DNA from: Eledone cirrhosa
Lineage: Eukaryota
Length of the DNA stretch: 64,000 nucleotides
NCBI GenBank assembly: GCA_964016885.1
Contig: OZ024754.1
Coordinates: 44,082,001 to 44,146,000 of the forward strand
Reading direction: 5' to 3'
Every line of letters starts with the position of its first letter. The stretch's first letter is position 1. The position numbers were made by a program, and so were the translations under genes. This document shows positions 28,293 to 41,357 of the stretch, one piece after another. Under the pieces are notes generated by a model. That model searched no databases. It was not told the DNA's origin and was given only the letters and a program-made list of their open reading frames with translations.

Positions 28293-28596
28293 GAACCTAC
28301 AGCAGTGGTGACATCTGGCGACCTGGGCCCCTGAACCTACAGCAGTGATGACATCTGGCGACCTGGGCCCCTGAACCTACAGCAGTGATGACATCTGGCG
28401 ACCTGGGTCCCTGAATCTACAGCAGTGGTGACATCTGGCGACCTGGTCCCTGAACCTACAGCAGTGGTGACATCTGGCGACCTGGGTCCCTGAACCTACA
28501 GCAGTGATGACATCTGGCGACCTGGGTCCCTGAACCCATATCAATGGAGACATCTGATGTGGGTCCGCGAATCTATAGCAGTGGAGATATCTGGCG
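28293..28596. repeat. 40-bp tandem repeat, about 7 copies
   Basis: Unit acctacagcagtg(g/a)tgacatctggcgacctggg(t/c)ccctga. Confidence 0.9.
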
Positions 28597-28599
28597 TTC

Positions 28600-28830
28600 T
28601 CGGTCGTTTTACGGTGAAATGGCGGTGGCATTTTATCGACCAGTTGGAGCTGTAACAGTTAGTCATTACATACATTTACTAATAAAACTCATTACATTTT
28701 AATATGATAATTATGATTTCCAGTTGGACGGTAAACTTTAATAAAGAAACAATATCTTTATTCTTATATCACTTCCGGTGAAATAAACGTGGATTAAGGG
28801 AGGCAACTCTGTCTGAATAACGCGTTTTAA
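28600..28830 (+). promoter_or_regulatory. Candidate promoter upstream of LRRCC1
   Basis: YY1-like aaatggcgg at 28617, ETS-like acttccgg at 28771 and aagggaggcaactc at 28796. Motif-only evidence. Confidence 0.35.
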
Positions 28831-29334
28831 GATTTTTTTATTTTCAAAATATATTTACAATGTCATAACAAAGAAGAGAAATAAATATATAGATAAAAAA
28901 GGCGATATGGCAAACTACACGTTTATCTAAATATTTACACCAACTAATTAATGTTAGATTTTTAATTATAGAAAATAAAGGAAACTCCAGCATTCCCTGG
29001 TAACGCGAGGGTCTCTCCCTCCCCACCTTAAATACACTCCATTTATTTGTTGAATACAATTTATATAGGCAGAAAGTCGTAACTAAACACCACAAAGTAT
29101 TTTCTCCCAACTCTACCGATTCTGTCAATGCATCATAGATCCTGTTTGTCTGCTATTGTAAGAATATAACTGGAAGTATCAAAAACAGTAGAAAGCTCGT
29201 ATAACTTTAGTTAAACTATATAGAAAATAACAAACTGTGATTTGTAGAATTGTTATTATCGGATGACAAACATTGACAAACATTAGAAAGAGAAATCTAT
29301 CTCTGAAGTTAAGGCAAAAATGGTGAGATTTTAC

Positions 29335-29502
29335 ATAATGAAAGCTATACCCATTTTTACAAGAGAAGACATCTCTCACCCACCCCAAAATGGGTGGGAG
29401 ATCTCCCTGTCAACTCTCCCCGTCCGACTGGGAGATCTCCCACCCACTTTGGGGTGGGTGAGAGATATCTTCTCTTGTGAAAATGGGTATAGCTTTCATT
29501 AT
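29335..29502. mobile_element. MITE-like hairpin element
   Basis: About 72-bp inverted arms (ataatgaaagctataccc...gggagatctccc / gggagatctccc...gggtatagctttcattat) around an about 22-bp spacer. Confidence 0.75.
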
Positions 29503-30029
29503 ATAAATACTCCCCATTTCGGGGTAGTTTTTTTTTTCATGGTACTCCCTGTTTGGGTTTTTAGAGGTTGGCAGGTCTACAATGTTAACATTGCCAGAGA
29601 ATCTCGGTTGAAAAGAAAAATGTTTTATGAGATTAATTTAGTTCAGATTGTCCGTAATTATCAATCAATACTCTACCGAGATTGATTTCTGCCGGAGATG
29701 AAGCAGGGTGGTGTGGTTTAATAAAATAAGCTCCAGTACTACATTGTTAACTAATCAATTGGTTATATCTCTTCGTTGCAAACTAATCTTATATCGATAA
29801 AAACAACAACGACAACAAGAATCTATTTTATTAATATTAATTTCCCCCTTTATTTTTTCCTTATTTTCCTTCATTTTTTTTTTCGTTCTCTTGAATTAGT
29901 TAATAAGTATAAGTGGTAATATATACCTTTTCTAGTATTGTCACAGTTTCCTAGCTCTCTGTATGAATGGACCTGTAACTCCTGATTGAGTTTTAGGGGC
30001 ACGGCAGGTCTTGGGGAGAAAAGAAACGA

Positions 30030-30201
30030 GAAAAATATATCGATAACCCCGGTACTGGACTGGTAGTTTTTTTTATCGACCTCGAAAGAATGAAAAGCAA
30101 AGCTACCCTGAGCGGGTTTTGAACTCAGAACACAGACAGTCGGAATAAATACCGCAAAATATTCTATCTGACGTTCTAACAACTCTGCCAATTCACCGCC
30201 T
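30030..30201 (-). mobile_element. Nin/Deu-core tRNA SINE just upstream of the LRRCC1 ORF
   Basis: Core and head match the other copies. Confidence 0.7.
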
Positions 30202-30427
30202 TTTACCAGCTTTATAGAAACATTTAAAGTGATTAAATAAATAAATATTTGATTACGTCCCTTGGAGACGCACTCTTCTTTAACAGGAGACATGTTCAGG
30301 CACGGCTGTCTACAACAGACAACAACATTCAATCGAACCATGTCTCATTATCATATATAGATCTCAGTAAATTAACGAGGGATAATATTATGATAGTTTT
30401 ATTATCGTCTTCAAATTTAAACTGATA

Positions 30428-33400
30428 ATGTCGTCGCGGCCACCCAAAGAGGTTTCTTTAATATGTCGTGGACTTTCAGAGACGTCAGAACTTCCACTAC
30501 ACAATTCCACAGAAGTTGTCAACTTACATGGCAACAATTTCACAGTAATCTCCACACATTTATCTAACTTATTTTATATCAGGGAACTTGATTTGTCCTC
30601 CAACAGAATTTTAAGCATGAAAGCTGTAAGAAATCTCAGACTGCTCCGAATATTGAATCTTTCCTGTAATTTTATCCGGAAGGTGGAAGGTATGACATCG
30701 CTCACATCTCTCTTAATTTTAAACCTTAGCCACAATCAAATTGAAGATGTTAATGGATTTAAAGAGGTAAGCGGGAATAATTATCCTCTCAGTGTTGTTT
30801 CTCTTCACGATAATAAGATTAGTAACTTCAGTCATTTAATCACTTCTCTGAGAGATTGCTGCAATATTCGGTGCCTTACTTTACAACAAGATGATCTAAC
30901 TAACCCCATTTGTAACCAAATTAACTACCGGCAACGTCTCTTGTCGCGATTAAACCAGATCCTTGTTTTGGATAATATTTCCAGAAGTGGTGAAATCTTA
31001 ACAATGGGTGATATCCCTGGTCTTGCTTTACAAAACTTTGGTCCCTCTCTAGATTCCCCCTCCTCTGTCGGCTCAGCTTCCTTTATCATTGAGTCTGGAC
31101 ATTTTGAAAATAAAAGCTCAAAAGGTAGCATAGATTCACAATCTCTATCTGAAATACACACACCCCAAATCGATCTTTTTATGGATAGATTTAAATCTAA
31201 ATACTATTCTATTGATTCTAATTCAGTGGCAGAAACTGAGAATGATGAATATAATAGCTTTCCTGGGATATGTAGTTTAAGTATGGAAACAGCGAAGAGT
31301 GATAGTCTTAGAACAGAACTTCATAACAGCAGTGGTAACAGGGCTTTGAAAATGAGTAACGAGACCAGTGAAGTCTTCTCAAAGACTAAAGAAAGGACAA
31401 GTAAGATTGTTAAAGGAGATTGCAACAAGCATGATAACAAACCAACACAGAAACGTCTCAAAGCTAATATAAAAACTAAGAATCAGGATGAAAAACACCC
31501 AAAGCAGAATGTTAGCAGCAGTAAACCAGCAGATTCTGGTATTGGAAATAAGAAGGTTGGTGTAAAAGTTAAAGTAGTTGAACAGACTGATAAGGAATAT
31601 AGAGATGTTATTGAAACTACTTACAAACATTTGATTGAAGAGCTTGCTGTAGAACGATCTCGCAGCTGGAAAGCTGAGAAAACTATAAAAGATATGACTA
31701 CTTTTGTAAATCATGTCAGGGAAAGTTCAGAGGATATCAAGACACAGTATGAAAGAGTGCTTCAAGAAAACAACCAATTAAAAGAGAGTTTTGATAAAGA
31801 AAAAACTTGCAGCGTAGATTTAGAGCAAAAAATTAGCTGTAGAGAACAAGAATTTGAAAATCTACAGAAAAAACTAACTGCAGCAAAAGAAAACATTGAA
31901 AGCCAGAAAACTCTTTTATCATTAGTTCAGTCTTCGTCAGTTGAACGAGAAAATCAACATCTGAAAGTATTAAATGAAGAGAGGAAACGTTTCCAAAAGA
32001 AACACCAAGTTTCTGTTGTTTCAGCCAAACAATCTGCTGACTTGAAGAGTTCTGTGATTTCTTTACAAAAACAAGTTACAGAACTACAACAGTTGCTGGC
32101 ATCTCGGGAACTTGAACATAAAGATGAACTTCGTGACAGGTTCAAACTAGGCAGTAAAGAGCTGTACAGTGTGATTGAAAGAGAGCTAAAACATGTGAAA
32201 CTGCAATATGGAGATCGTATGAAACTTCAGGCTGAACGCAGTGAAATGATGGAGAAACATTATAAAAATGTAGAAAATGAGTTGAATGAAGCATTGCAGT
32301 TGGAGTCAAGACAAGTGAATCAACTTGAACATGCTTATGATTCAATTGTGAAGGAAAATGATTTAAATAAACAAGCTTTAGTTGCAGCTCAGATGAAAGA
32401 CAAGAAGAAAAGTGAAATACTTTCACAAATGTCAAATGTTGTTAAGAAACAAAAGGATCAGATTTCAGATCTCTTGAAGTCAGAACAGGAATTAGTTTCC
32501 AAACACAAACAACAAATGGAAGATGTAAACCACCGCTTGGCAGAGATGCAGAAGAGAGTGACACAAAGTGACAAATTAAAGCAAGACTGTTTAACATATC
32601 AAGCTCAGATTGAAGCTCAGGAATCACTTATTGTAGGATTACGTGCTGAAAGGAAGGTTTGGGAGAATGAACTTGCTCAACAAGGGACCTCTCTCGCTCA
32701 GGATCGAGGTCGGCTTGAAGTTAAGCTGGAGTCTCTTCAGGTTGAAACTGCGTGTCTGAAGAAGCAGCTGAAATCTGAAGTAGATACTGTTAAGATAAAG
32801 ATCAAAGTAATCAATGACCAGGTTGAAACAATAAAATCCTTAAAGGGAGAGTTGTTCCAGAAAGATGACTTGATAAAGGAGATCCGTGAAGATGCTTATA
32901 AGATACAGAAAAAGATTGAAGAGGAATTAATGCTTGAACAGGAAACAAGACAGGAAAGTCTGTTTACAATTGAAAAACTTCAAGATAGAAAAGAAGAACT
33001 GAAAGACCAACTTGCTGAAGCGATGAAAGAGCTTGAAAGATCTCAAAATGCTCATTATGTATTAAAAGAACATTGGAAAGAAAAATCTGATTTGATAAGT
33101 ACTTTAGAAGTTCAAGTAAAACAAGCTCAATCGATTTGGGAGAATAAAGAAAAAAGTTTGTTGGAAGTCTGCGAGAAAGCTAAAAACCAATTGAAAAAGA
33201 ATGAAGAGAAACTGTCTAAAATAGACAGTTTATTCCGACAGCAGTTGGATGATAAGGAAAGTAGTCATCAAAAGGTCCTCTCTCAGTTATACAACGACCA
33301 ACAACTAGAATTAGACACTGCTCATCAGAAAATTCTAGATCTGGAAGATGAGATGAGGGAGATTTTAAAAGAGAATAATAAGGTGCAAGCTAAGATGTCT

Positions 33401-33448
33401 AAACTTGCTATTTTCTTTAATAGCATGGCACCTAAAATTAGCAGATGA
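30428..33448 (+). CDS. LRRCC1: Leucine-rich repeat and coiled-coil domain protein 1 (CLERC/VFL1 centriolar protein), single coding exon, 1006 aa
   Basis: N-terminal LxxLxLxxNxI repeats, LRRcap (NPICNQINYRQRLLSRLNQILVLDN) and a long C-terminal coiled coil with ELAQQGTSLAQDRGRLE typical of LRRCC1. AATAAA at 33492 and 33518. Confidence 0.9.
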   Translation: MSSRPPKEVSLICRGLSETSELPLHNSTEVVNLHGNNFTVISTHLSNLFYIRELDLSSNRILSMKAVRNLRLLRILNLSCNFIRKVEGMTSLTSLLILNLSHNQIEDVNGFKEVSGNNYPLSVVSLHDNKISNFSHLITSLRDCCNIRCLTLQQDDLTNPICNQINYRQRLLSRLNQILVLDNISRSGEILTMGDIPGLALQNFGPSLDSPSSVGSASFIIESGHFENKSSKGSIDSQSLSEIHTPQIDLFMDRFKSKYYSIDSNSVAETENDEYNSFPGICSLSMETAKSDSLRTELHNSSGNRALKMSNETSEVFSKTKERTSKIVKGDCNKHDNKPTQKRLKANIKTKNQDEKHPKQNVSSSKPADSGIGNKKVGVKVKVVEQTDKEYRDVIETTYKHLIEELAVERSRSWKAEKTIKDMTTFVNHVRESSEDIKTQYERVLQENNQLKESFDKEKTCSVDLEQKISCREQEFENLQKKLTAAKENIESQKTLLSLVQSSSVERENQHLKVLNEERKRFQKKHQVSVVSAKQSADLKSSVISLQKQVTELQQLLASRELEHKDELRDRFKLGSKELYSVIERELKHVKLQYGDRMKLQAERSEMMEKHYKNVENELNEALQLESRQVNQLEHAYDSIVKENDLNKQALVAAQMKDKKKSEILSQMSNVVKKQKDQISDLLKSEQELVSKHKQQMEDVNHRLAEMQKRVTQSDKLKQDCLTYQAQIEAQESLIVGLRAERKVWENELAQQGTSLAQDRGRLEVKLESLQVETACLKKQLKSEVDTVKIKIKVINDQVETIKSLKGELFQKDDLIKEIREDAYKIQKKIEEELMLEQETRQESLFTIEKLQDRKEELKDQLAEAMKELERSQNAHYVLKEHWKEKSDLISTLEVQVKQAQSIWENKEKSLLEVCEKAKNQLKKNEEKLSKIDSLFRQQLDDKESSHQKVLSQLYNDQQLELDTAHQKILDLEDEMREILKENNKVQAKMSKLAIFFNSMAPKISR

Positions 33449-34179
33449 TTTTAGAAGTTTCCACACATCTTCATACTATATCTTGATATACAATAAACAT
33501 TCAGGAGCTTTGCTATCAATAAAAAAAATATTTTTTTGTATGTTATCATCATTATCATCATCATTTAAAGAACAACAATAACCTTTCATTGCTCCAGAGT
33601 TCATCATCATCGTTTAATGTCCATCTTCCACGCTAGCATGGGTTAGACGGTTTTGTTCCATTTGATGCGGGAATGGTTGAGAGACTATGTCTCGCTCATA
33701 CGGAAATGTCTCTGCCAGATTTTCTATGGCTGGATGCCCTTCCTAACACCAACCACCTTTACAGTGTGGACTAGTGGCCTTTTCCCCCTGTCTGCTACAT
33801 GACCACCTTACAGTGGACTGGGTGCTTTTTGTTGTGTCATCGACACTGGACGGAAATGGGAGGATGGGGTAGGGTGTGTGGGGTGGGGTGTATATTGGGT
33901 TAAGAGGTGCCTATAAGTTGATAATATAAATACCAGTATTATACTGAGGTTGTGCTATGTCAGAACTCAATATTTTCTATACTGATAAACTCATTGTGAC
34001 TATTTATATTAAATAAATTTATATATTTTAAAAATGTGTTTCTTATTCATTTACATTTATATTTCATGTGAGTACCCAAGTGGAGCTACTGACCTCACAG
34101 ATGGGCTTAGAGACCTCCACCTTACTATGCAAATGACTACCATGTAATTAACTCAATCTGCAATTATTTCATTCCCCAT

Positions 34180-34626
34180 ATAAGAGGTGGTGCTGAAAAG
34201 TTCCTGGCTTCATCGCTGGTTGGAGGCGTAACCTTCTGCGTTCTTTTTACAGGGCTTAGAAAAACTGAAGGACTGCTGCAATAAGATCATCATTATCATA
34301 ATTTAATGTTTGCTTTCCCTGTTAGCAAGGGTTGGACTGGGCCCTGTAAACTACACAGAAGGCAGCTAGTCTAGAAGAGCAGCCTGTAGGGGGTGAGAGG
34401 ATTCCTCAATCTGGTCTGACAACCTCTAGGGCTGGTGGCATGAAGAATGCACCCAGTCTTTGCTGTAAAGTGATTGGTGATAGGAAAGGCATCCAGCCAG
34501 AAAAAAAAACCCTGCCAAGAATGCACCCAGTCTGAGAGGGGAATATGTTTAATAAAATCATAATTAACTGATCTTCCTGAATTTTCTTTTACCCAAAGCC
34601 AGGAACTTTTCCGTAGCCTCTTGTAT
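34180..34626. mobile_element. Mariner-derived non-autonomous remnant
   Basis: Left end ta-agaggtggtgctgaaaagttcctggctt and right end aagccaggaactttttccgtagcctcttg-ta are inverted copies, both TA-flanked. Confidence 0.6.
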
Positions 34627-35804
34627 AATCTAGGATCAAATCACTCGAGGAAACAAGTGCAACTATTAATGTAGATAATTTTACTGATATTTCCTTTGGA
34701 GATTTTTGTATTATCAACCTACCAGAATATTCTGAAATGAAATATAGTTGGGTGTTTGGTAGGAGAGAGAGATGGCAGGGTTGGGAGTGGTGTAGGGGTG
34801 GGGCTGAGGTAGTGAGAGAGATGACAGGGTTGGGAGTGGTGTAGGGGTGGGGATAAAGTAGTGAGAGAGATGGCATAGTTGGGAGTGGTGTAGGGGTGGG
34901 GATAAGGTAGTGAGAGAGAGATGGCAGGGTTGGGAGTGTTTAGGGGTGGGGATAAGGCAAAAAGATAACATTTATTATTGATGCTGGCATTTAGAAACCT
35001 GGTTGTAATAAACTTGTGATCAATAGCATTGATCTTTGTTAGACTGAAGACCTTGTGTGTGTTTATATATGTATGTATATATGTAAATATATGTATATAT
35101 ATATATGTGTGTGTGTGTGTATCTATATATATGTGTGTGTGTGTGGAGGAACATGTGATATGGTGGAGATGATGAGAAACATATTGGAGAAAATTTATAT
35201 ATATATTTATATATGTAATAAATATATATACACGTATGTGTAGTATACATCATCATTTCATTTTATGTCCACTTTTCCCTGCTTGCAAGGGTGGGACGGG
35301 AACTGATTCTGGCTTGATTTCTACAGCTGGATGCCCTTCCTAACACCAACCTCATTTACAGTGAGTGCTGGGTGCTTTTTTGCCATGGCACCTCCACGTC
35401 CACTTTGCAGTGGAATGATGGGGACCCCAGTCCCTATCATCTCATTTCTACAGCTGAGTAAACTGGAGCAATGTGAAATAAAGTGTCTTGCTCAAGGAAA
35501 CAACACATCACCCGGTATGAGAATTGAACTCTCAACCTTTCGCTTGCAAGGCCAATGCTCTAACCACTAAGCCATGTGCCTCCTATATATATATGTATAT
35601 ATATATATAGGAAAAGAGTCAGGACCCCGATGGCTAAGCTTTCAGCCGCTAGATCCGAACTAAGCCAGACTGCTGGCTTAGTTCTACTTAGTTACCCACT
35701 CTACTAGCCTAAGTATTGAGTACTCTGGTGTGTTATGGTCCACCTGGTATCTTACCACACTTTCTTTGTTATATATATATATATTATATATATATATACA
35801 CACA

Positions 35805-36165
35805 AATGCTTTGTTGGATCTGTAATGTAAATGTGGGGAAAATGCAGAGCTTGGATGAACTGAGGGAGAAACTGGGTTTAAGAGGAATCTGAGGTGGTGT
35901 GCAGGAGAGGAGACTGTATTGGTTTGGACATGTGATGTGTATCGATGATGATGGTTGGGTGAAGAGCTACCAGGAAATATCAGTGGAGGGAAGCTGCAGT
36001 AGAGGAAAACCGAGGGTGATCTGGGCGGAAGTGGTGAGAGTTGATCTCAAATTGGTGAGATTCACGGAAGAGATGATGAAGAAATGTGACAAGTGGAGAG
36101 ATGCTGTGCTAACGAGGAGTCATTAAACTCATGCAAGCATGGAAACATGGATGTAAAAATGATTG
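35805..36165 (+). mobile_element. RTE-type LINE 3' end
   Basis: ERRLYWFGHVM..VEGSCSRGKPR..W.EVVRVDL..DKWRDAV, followed by the catgc.agcatggaa tail shared with SINE tails in the window. Confidence 0.75.
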
Positions 36166-36855
36166 ATTATATCATCATCATCATCATCATCATTTTACGT
36201 CCACTTTTCCCTGCTTGCAAAGGTGAGACGGGAACTGATTCTGGCTTGATTTCTACAGCTGGATGCCCTTCCTAACACCAACCTCATTTACAGTGAGTGC
36301 TGGGTGCTTTTTTTTCGTGGCACCTACACGTCCACTTCACAGTGTGGGCTGGGTGCTTTTTTTGCCGTGGCGCCTCCACGACCACTTTGCAGTGGAATGA
36401 TAGGGACCCCAGTCCTATCATCTCATTTCTACAGCTGAGTAAACTGGAACAATGTGAAATAAAGTGTCTTGCTCAAGGAAACAACACATCACCCTGTCTG
36501 AGAATTATATATATATATATATATCATCATCATCCTCACCGTTTAATGTCCAGTTCTCCACACTAGCATGGGTTAGACGGGTTGTCCTGTTGAGAGCAAT
36601 ACCAGGTCAGGTGACCATGTCTTGCTTATACAGAACTGATTTGGGTTTGGTTTCTACTGCTGGATGCCCTTCCTTTTGTCAACCACATTTACAGCGAGTA
36701 CTAGGTTCTTTTTGTTGTGGCACCTACTTGACTAATTTATAGTGTGGGCTGGAGGTTTCACTAGATGAATGCTTCAGTTTGCCTTCATGGGAGGGTGGGG
36801 TAGGTGTGGTGCATACTATGTATATATGAGGATGATGATTTTATATACATATAAG

Positions 36856-36950
36856 GGTCCGTCGAGCCGCCGATTATTGAGTCGAGTAGGATCGATTTAG
36901 ATCGAACCTTGAGCTGATCAGTGGCGAAACGCGCGTCACCTATCAATAAA
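36856..36950 (+). ncRNA. Hammerhead-like motif with long stem II (family E)
   Basis: ggt-CCGTCGA-gccgc..gtggc-GAAA-cgcgcg-TC-acc followed by AATAAA. Confidence 0.5.
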
Positions 36951-37187
36951 TGTAATGAAGGAGTAATCAATCGTCCTTGTTATCCTTTCAATATATTACA
37001 CTCTGTATAGCTCTACACCTTGTCACAGAAGTGAACCTAAACATCGAGTGCTCTCCCGAGTGAACCTGCAGTAACTCCAAGTTACACCCCCTCGATATAT
37101 ACATATATATATATAGTCTAACCCATGCTAGTGTGGAAAGTGGACGTTAAACAAAGATGATGATGATGATATATATATATATATATA

Positions 37188-38065
37188 CAGGGTGCGGACG
37201 ATATTTGTTCGCAATTTTCAACTGCTAATTTTATGCAAATTTTTTCTACTTCCGTTGTCACTCTTGTCTTCATAAAAACAGTGACTATATTTCCATTATT
37301 TATTTTCAGAATAATTGATTATGAATAATTTTGAAGCTCCAAATTTGTGGAAGAGACACGGAGTTCTTGGAATCCATGCCGGGAGGACAAATAAGACCAG
37401 AAGATCAACTTCCAGAACAATAGGTGGCTTGCTGTCTCATCCAAAGACATGCCCAGAGTCATGCTGACAAAGTTTCCAGCGACAACATTGGTCTTAGGTG
37501 TCGTCAGCAGTCAAGGTGATGTTATGCCACCTCACTTCTTCCCTGAGGGCCTCAAGCTGAACACTGATGGCTACATCCACATTTTGAGCGAGGTAGTAAA
37601 GCCCTGGATCGACCAGGTAGCTGCAGGTAGGCCGTACCTGTGGCAGCAAGACTCACCGCCCTGCCATACCAGCCGAAAGACCCAAGCCTGGTTGTCAGAG
37701 AACTTCGTTGACCACACTTCACCTGACATCTGGCCTCCCAGCTCGCCTGACTGCAACACCCCCGACTTCTTTGTGTGGGGCACTGTGGAACAAGACAACA
37801 ACAGATCTAGCTGCAATACGAAGGACGATCTGAAGGCCAGGATCACAAGTACCTTTAGGGGCCTAAGTCGGGGGACAGTGACGAAAGCCTGTAGCTGGTT
37901 CCGAGGCCGTCATCAAAGCCAATGGCGGGTTTATCGAGTGAGATCGAAAGAACAAGTCATGAAGACAAACTGACCCAAGTTTGATAAATAAATCTTAAAA
38001 AATAAAACTACTGTCTTATTTTTTCCTGGACAGTAATCTTGCGAACAAATATCGCCCGCACCCTG
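37188..38065 (+). mobile_element. Internally deleted Tc1/mariner DD37D (maT) transposon
   Basis: TIRs cagggtgcggacgatatttgttcgcaa / ttgcgaacaaatatcgcccgcaccctg with TA on both sides. ORF 37449-37973 has WQQD..(37 aa)..SPDCNTPDFFVWG; the N-terminal half is missing. Confidence 0.9.
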
Positions 38066-38429
38066 TATATACACAAATACACACAAGTATGTATGTATTT
38101 GTGTGTGTATGTGTGTGTGTGTGAGTGTGTGTATGTGTGTGTGTGTCTATGTGTGTATGTGTATGTGTGTTTATGTGTGTATGTGTGTGTATGAGTGTGT
38201 ACGTATATGTGTGTGTGTGTGTGTATGTGTATGTGTGTTTATGTGCGTGTATGTATGTGTGTGAGTGTAGGTGTATGGTAGACATGTTGTCTGTAAATAA
38301 CAATAAGATATCTGTTAGAATGTAGTTTAATGGTTGATGGCCAGATATGGTGATATGGTGGTCAATGGTTTCTGTGGCTGGGGGATATATATTGATTGAT
38401 ATCTCACCACAGCCTAACTACCCTCACAT

Positions 38430-39387
38430 CCATCCAACCAACCATCCATCCATCCAACCAACCATCCAACCAAGCATCCAACCAACCAACCAACCATCCA
38501 ACCAAGCAACCATACAACCATCCAACCCACCAACCATCCAACCAACCAACCATCCAACCAAGCAACCATACAACCATCCAACCAACCATCCAACCAACCA
38601 ACCAACCATCCAACCAAGCAACCATACAACCATCCAACCCACCAACCATCCAACCAACCAACCATCCAACCAAGCAACCATACAACCATCCAACCCACCA
38701 ACCATCCAACCAACCAACCATCCAACCAAGCAACCATACAACCATCCAACCAACCATCCAACCAACCAACCAACCATCCAACCAAGCAACCATACAACCA
38801 TCCAACCCACCAACCATCCAACCAACCAACCATCCAACCAAGCAACCAAGCAACCATACAACCATCCAACCCACCAACCATCCAACCAACCAACCATCCA
38901 ACCAAGCAACCAACCATCCAACCATCCAACCAACCATCCAACCAACCAACCAACCATCCAACCAAGCAACCATACAACCATCCAACCCACCAACCATCCA
39001 ACCAACCAACCATCCAACCAAGCAACCATACAACCATCCAACCCACCAACCATCCAACCCACCAACCATCCAACCAACCAACCATCCAACCAAGCAACCA
39101 TACAACCATCCAACCCACCAACCATCCAACCAACCAACCATCCAACCAAGCAACCATACAACCATCCAACCCACCAACCATCCAACCAACCAACCATCCG
39201 ACCAAGCAACCATACAACCATCCAACCAACCAACCAACCAACCATCCAACCAACCAACCAACCAACCAACCAACCATTCAACCAACCAACCAACCATCCA
39301 TCCATCCATCAACCAACCAACCAACCATACAACCAACCAACCATCCATCAACCAACTATCCATCCAACCAACCAACCATCCAACCAT
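38430..39387. repeat. (CCAA/CCAT)n tetranucleotide array with higher-order units
   Basis: Direct reading of the sequence. Confidence 0.95.
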
Positions 39388-39849
39388 ATGTCCCGTGACT
39401 TAACGGTGCAACAAAAAGTACTAGTCTTACAAAAGTACCGAGCACGATATGGTTGACTAAATCAAAGCAGTAACCTAACATGGCCGCAGTCTACTGACTG
39501 AAACAAGGAAAAGAATAAAAGAACACGACGTATCTATAGAGTTAGACATAACTTTCCTTGGACGACATAATGTAAGTTTTTTTCTATTTCAAGAACCATC
39601 CAACCATCATTTTTATTTATCAGGGGAGATAACTGTTGACAACATTTTCAGAAGAGTTATCACCGCTAAATGGTGAGGATTAAAATAAAAAATGTTTCCG
39701 TTTTTCAATCGTTGAAGGTAAATACACACACACACACTCTCTCTCTCACATACACACACGCAAATATATAAAGGCACACAGACAGACAGACACACACACA
39801 CGCACACATTCGTAATTTCGGTAAGTTTACATAATGTTATTGAATTGGT

Positions 39850-39880
<31 letters not shown>

Positions 39881-40164
39881 GGGTTGAGACGGTGGAGTGA
39901 GATTGACAATGTTAGCTTTTCCTTTGTTTTATTGATGTCTTTTTCGTGGGTGGAGGTCACAAACGGAAGGACCACACCGGGCAACACAAACTCTTGCTAT
40001 GCCGCTGACAAGAGAGAGAGATATGGATAGATAGATAGATAGATAGATAGAGAGATGGATGGATAGATAGATAGATAGATAGAGAGATAGAGAGAGATAG
40101 AGAGAGAGATGGATAGAGAGAGAGAGATAGAGAGATAGAGATAGAGAGAAACAGAAAAAGAGAA

Positions 40165-40197
<33 letters not shown>

Positions 40198-40221
40198 AAG
40201 AAAGAAAGAGAGAGAAGATAA

Positions 40222-40256
40222 TAGTAACTTTTCAGACGCAAGTCCTTCATCAGAGA
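40222..40256 (-). ncRNA. Degenerate family A hammerhead motif
   Basis: Minus: CTGATGA-a-ggac-ttgc-gtct-GAAA-ag-TT. Confidence 0.45.
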
Positions 40257-40633
40257 GAGAAAAAGAAGACAATTTTAATCTACCGACCAACGAATTGTTC
40301 TCTCTCTCAACGGAACAATAACATCCAGAAATGTTATAATTTATCAGTTGCTGACATTAGATTTCAATAATAATCTCTAGACTCTGTGAAGTAAATATAG
40401 ATAGATAGATAGATAGATAGATTTATATTTATTGCCACGAGGGCGCAAAAGAAGGAGAGAGAAATAGGGGGGGGGGAGAGAGATGGACAAATAAAATAAG
40501 TTAAGATTGTTCTTCATAAATATTGGTTGCAGTAAATGTAGAGGAGTTTGTGACAGCTTGGTCAACAAAACTTTGAAATTGTTAGATTGAGTGTTGCAGA
40601 AAATAGCAACGGAAATTAAATAATGTATCATTC

Positions 40634-40938
<305 letters not shown>

Positions 40939-40957
40939 ATATATATATATATATATA

Positions 40958-41357
40958 TACGATATTAATAAATGGAAACTATATTTATAAAACCATATTT
41001 ATTTCATTATACATATTTCAAGGACACCAAGTTAAATTATGGTGCGCTTTCATCAGATAAAATATAATATAGAACAGTTTTATAAATAAATATTGACATA
41101 CCCTTAAAGAATGCAACCATTACTGTTGGAAGCTCCCGGATATATATTTATAAAACTGTTCTATATTATATTTTATCTGATGAAAGCACCCCATAATTTA
41201 ACTTGGTGTCCTTGAAATATGTATAATGAAATAAATATGGTTTTAAAAATATAGTTTCCATTTGTTAATATCGTATTTTTACTCCAAATATTTGTTGAGT
41301 GCTTTATATCAGTTATAAAAATATTTGCTTGTTGTATCCCAACTATTTAAATAGAAC

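Noticed and set aside
34592-34731. Apparent minus-strand exon (YSGRLIIQKSPKE...GKVPGFG) with AG/GT flanks
   Set aside because: Its 3' end is a mariner TIR and I recognise no homology; not called as coding.
38347-39456. QPTN-repeat mucin-like ORFs
   Set aside because: A (CCAA)n array that is open in most frames on both strands.
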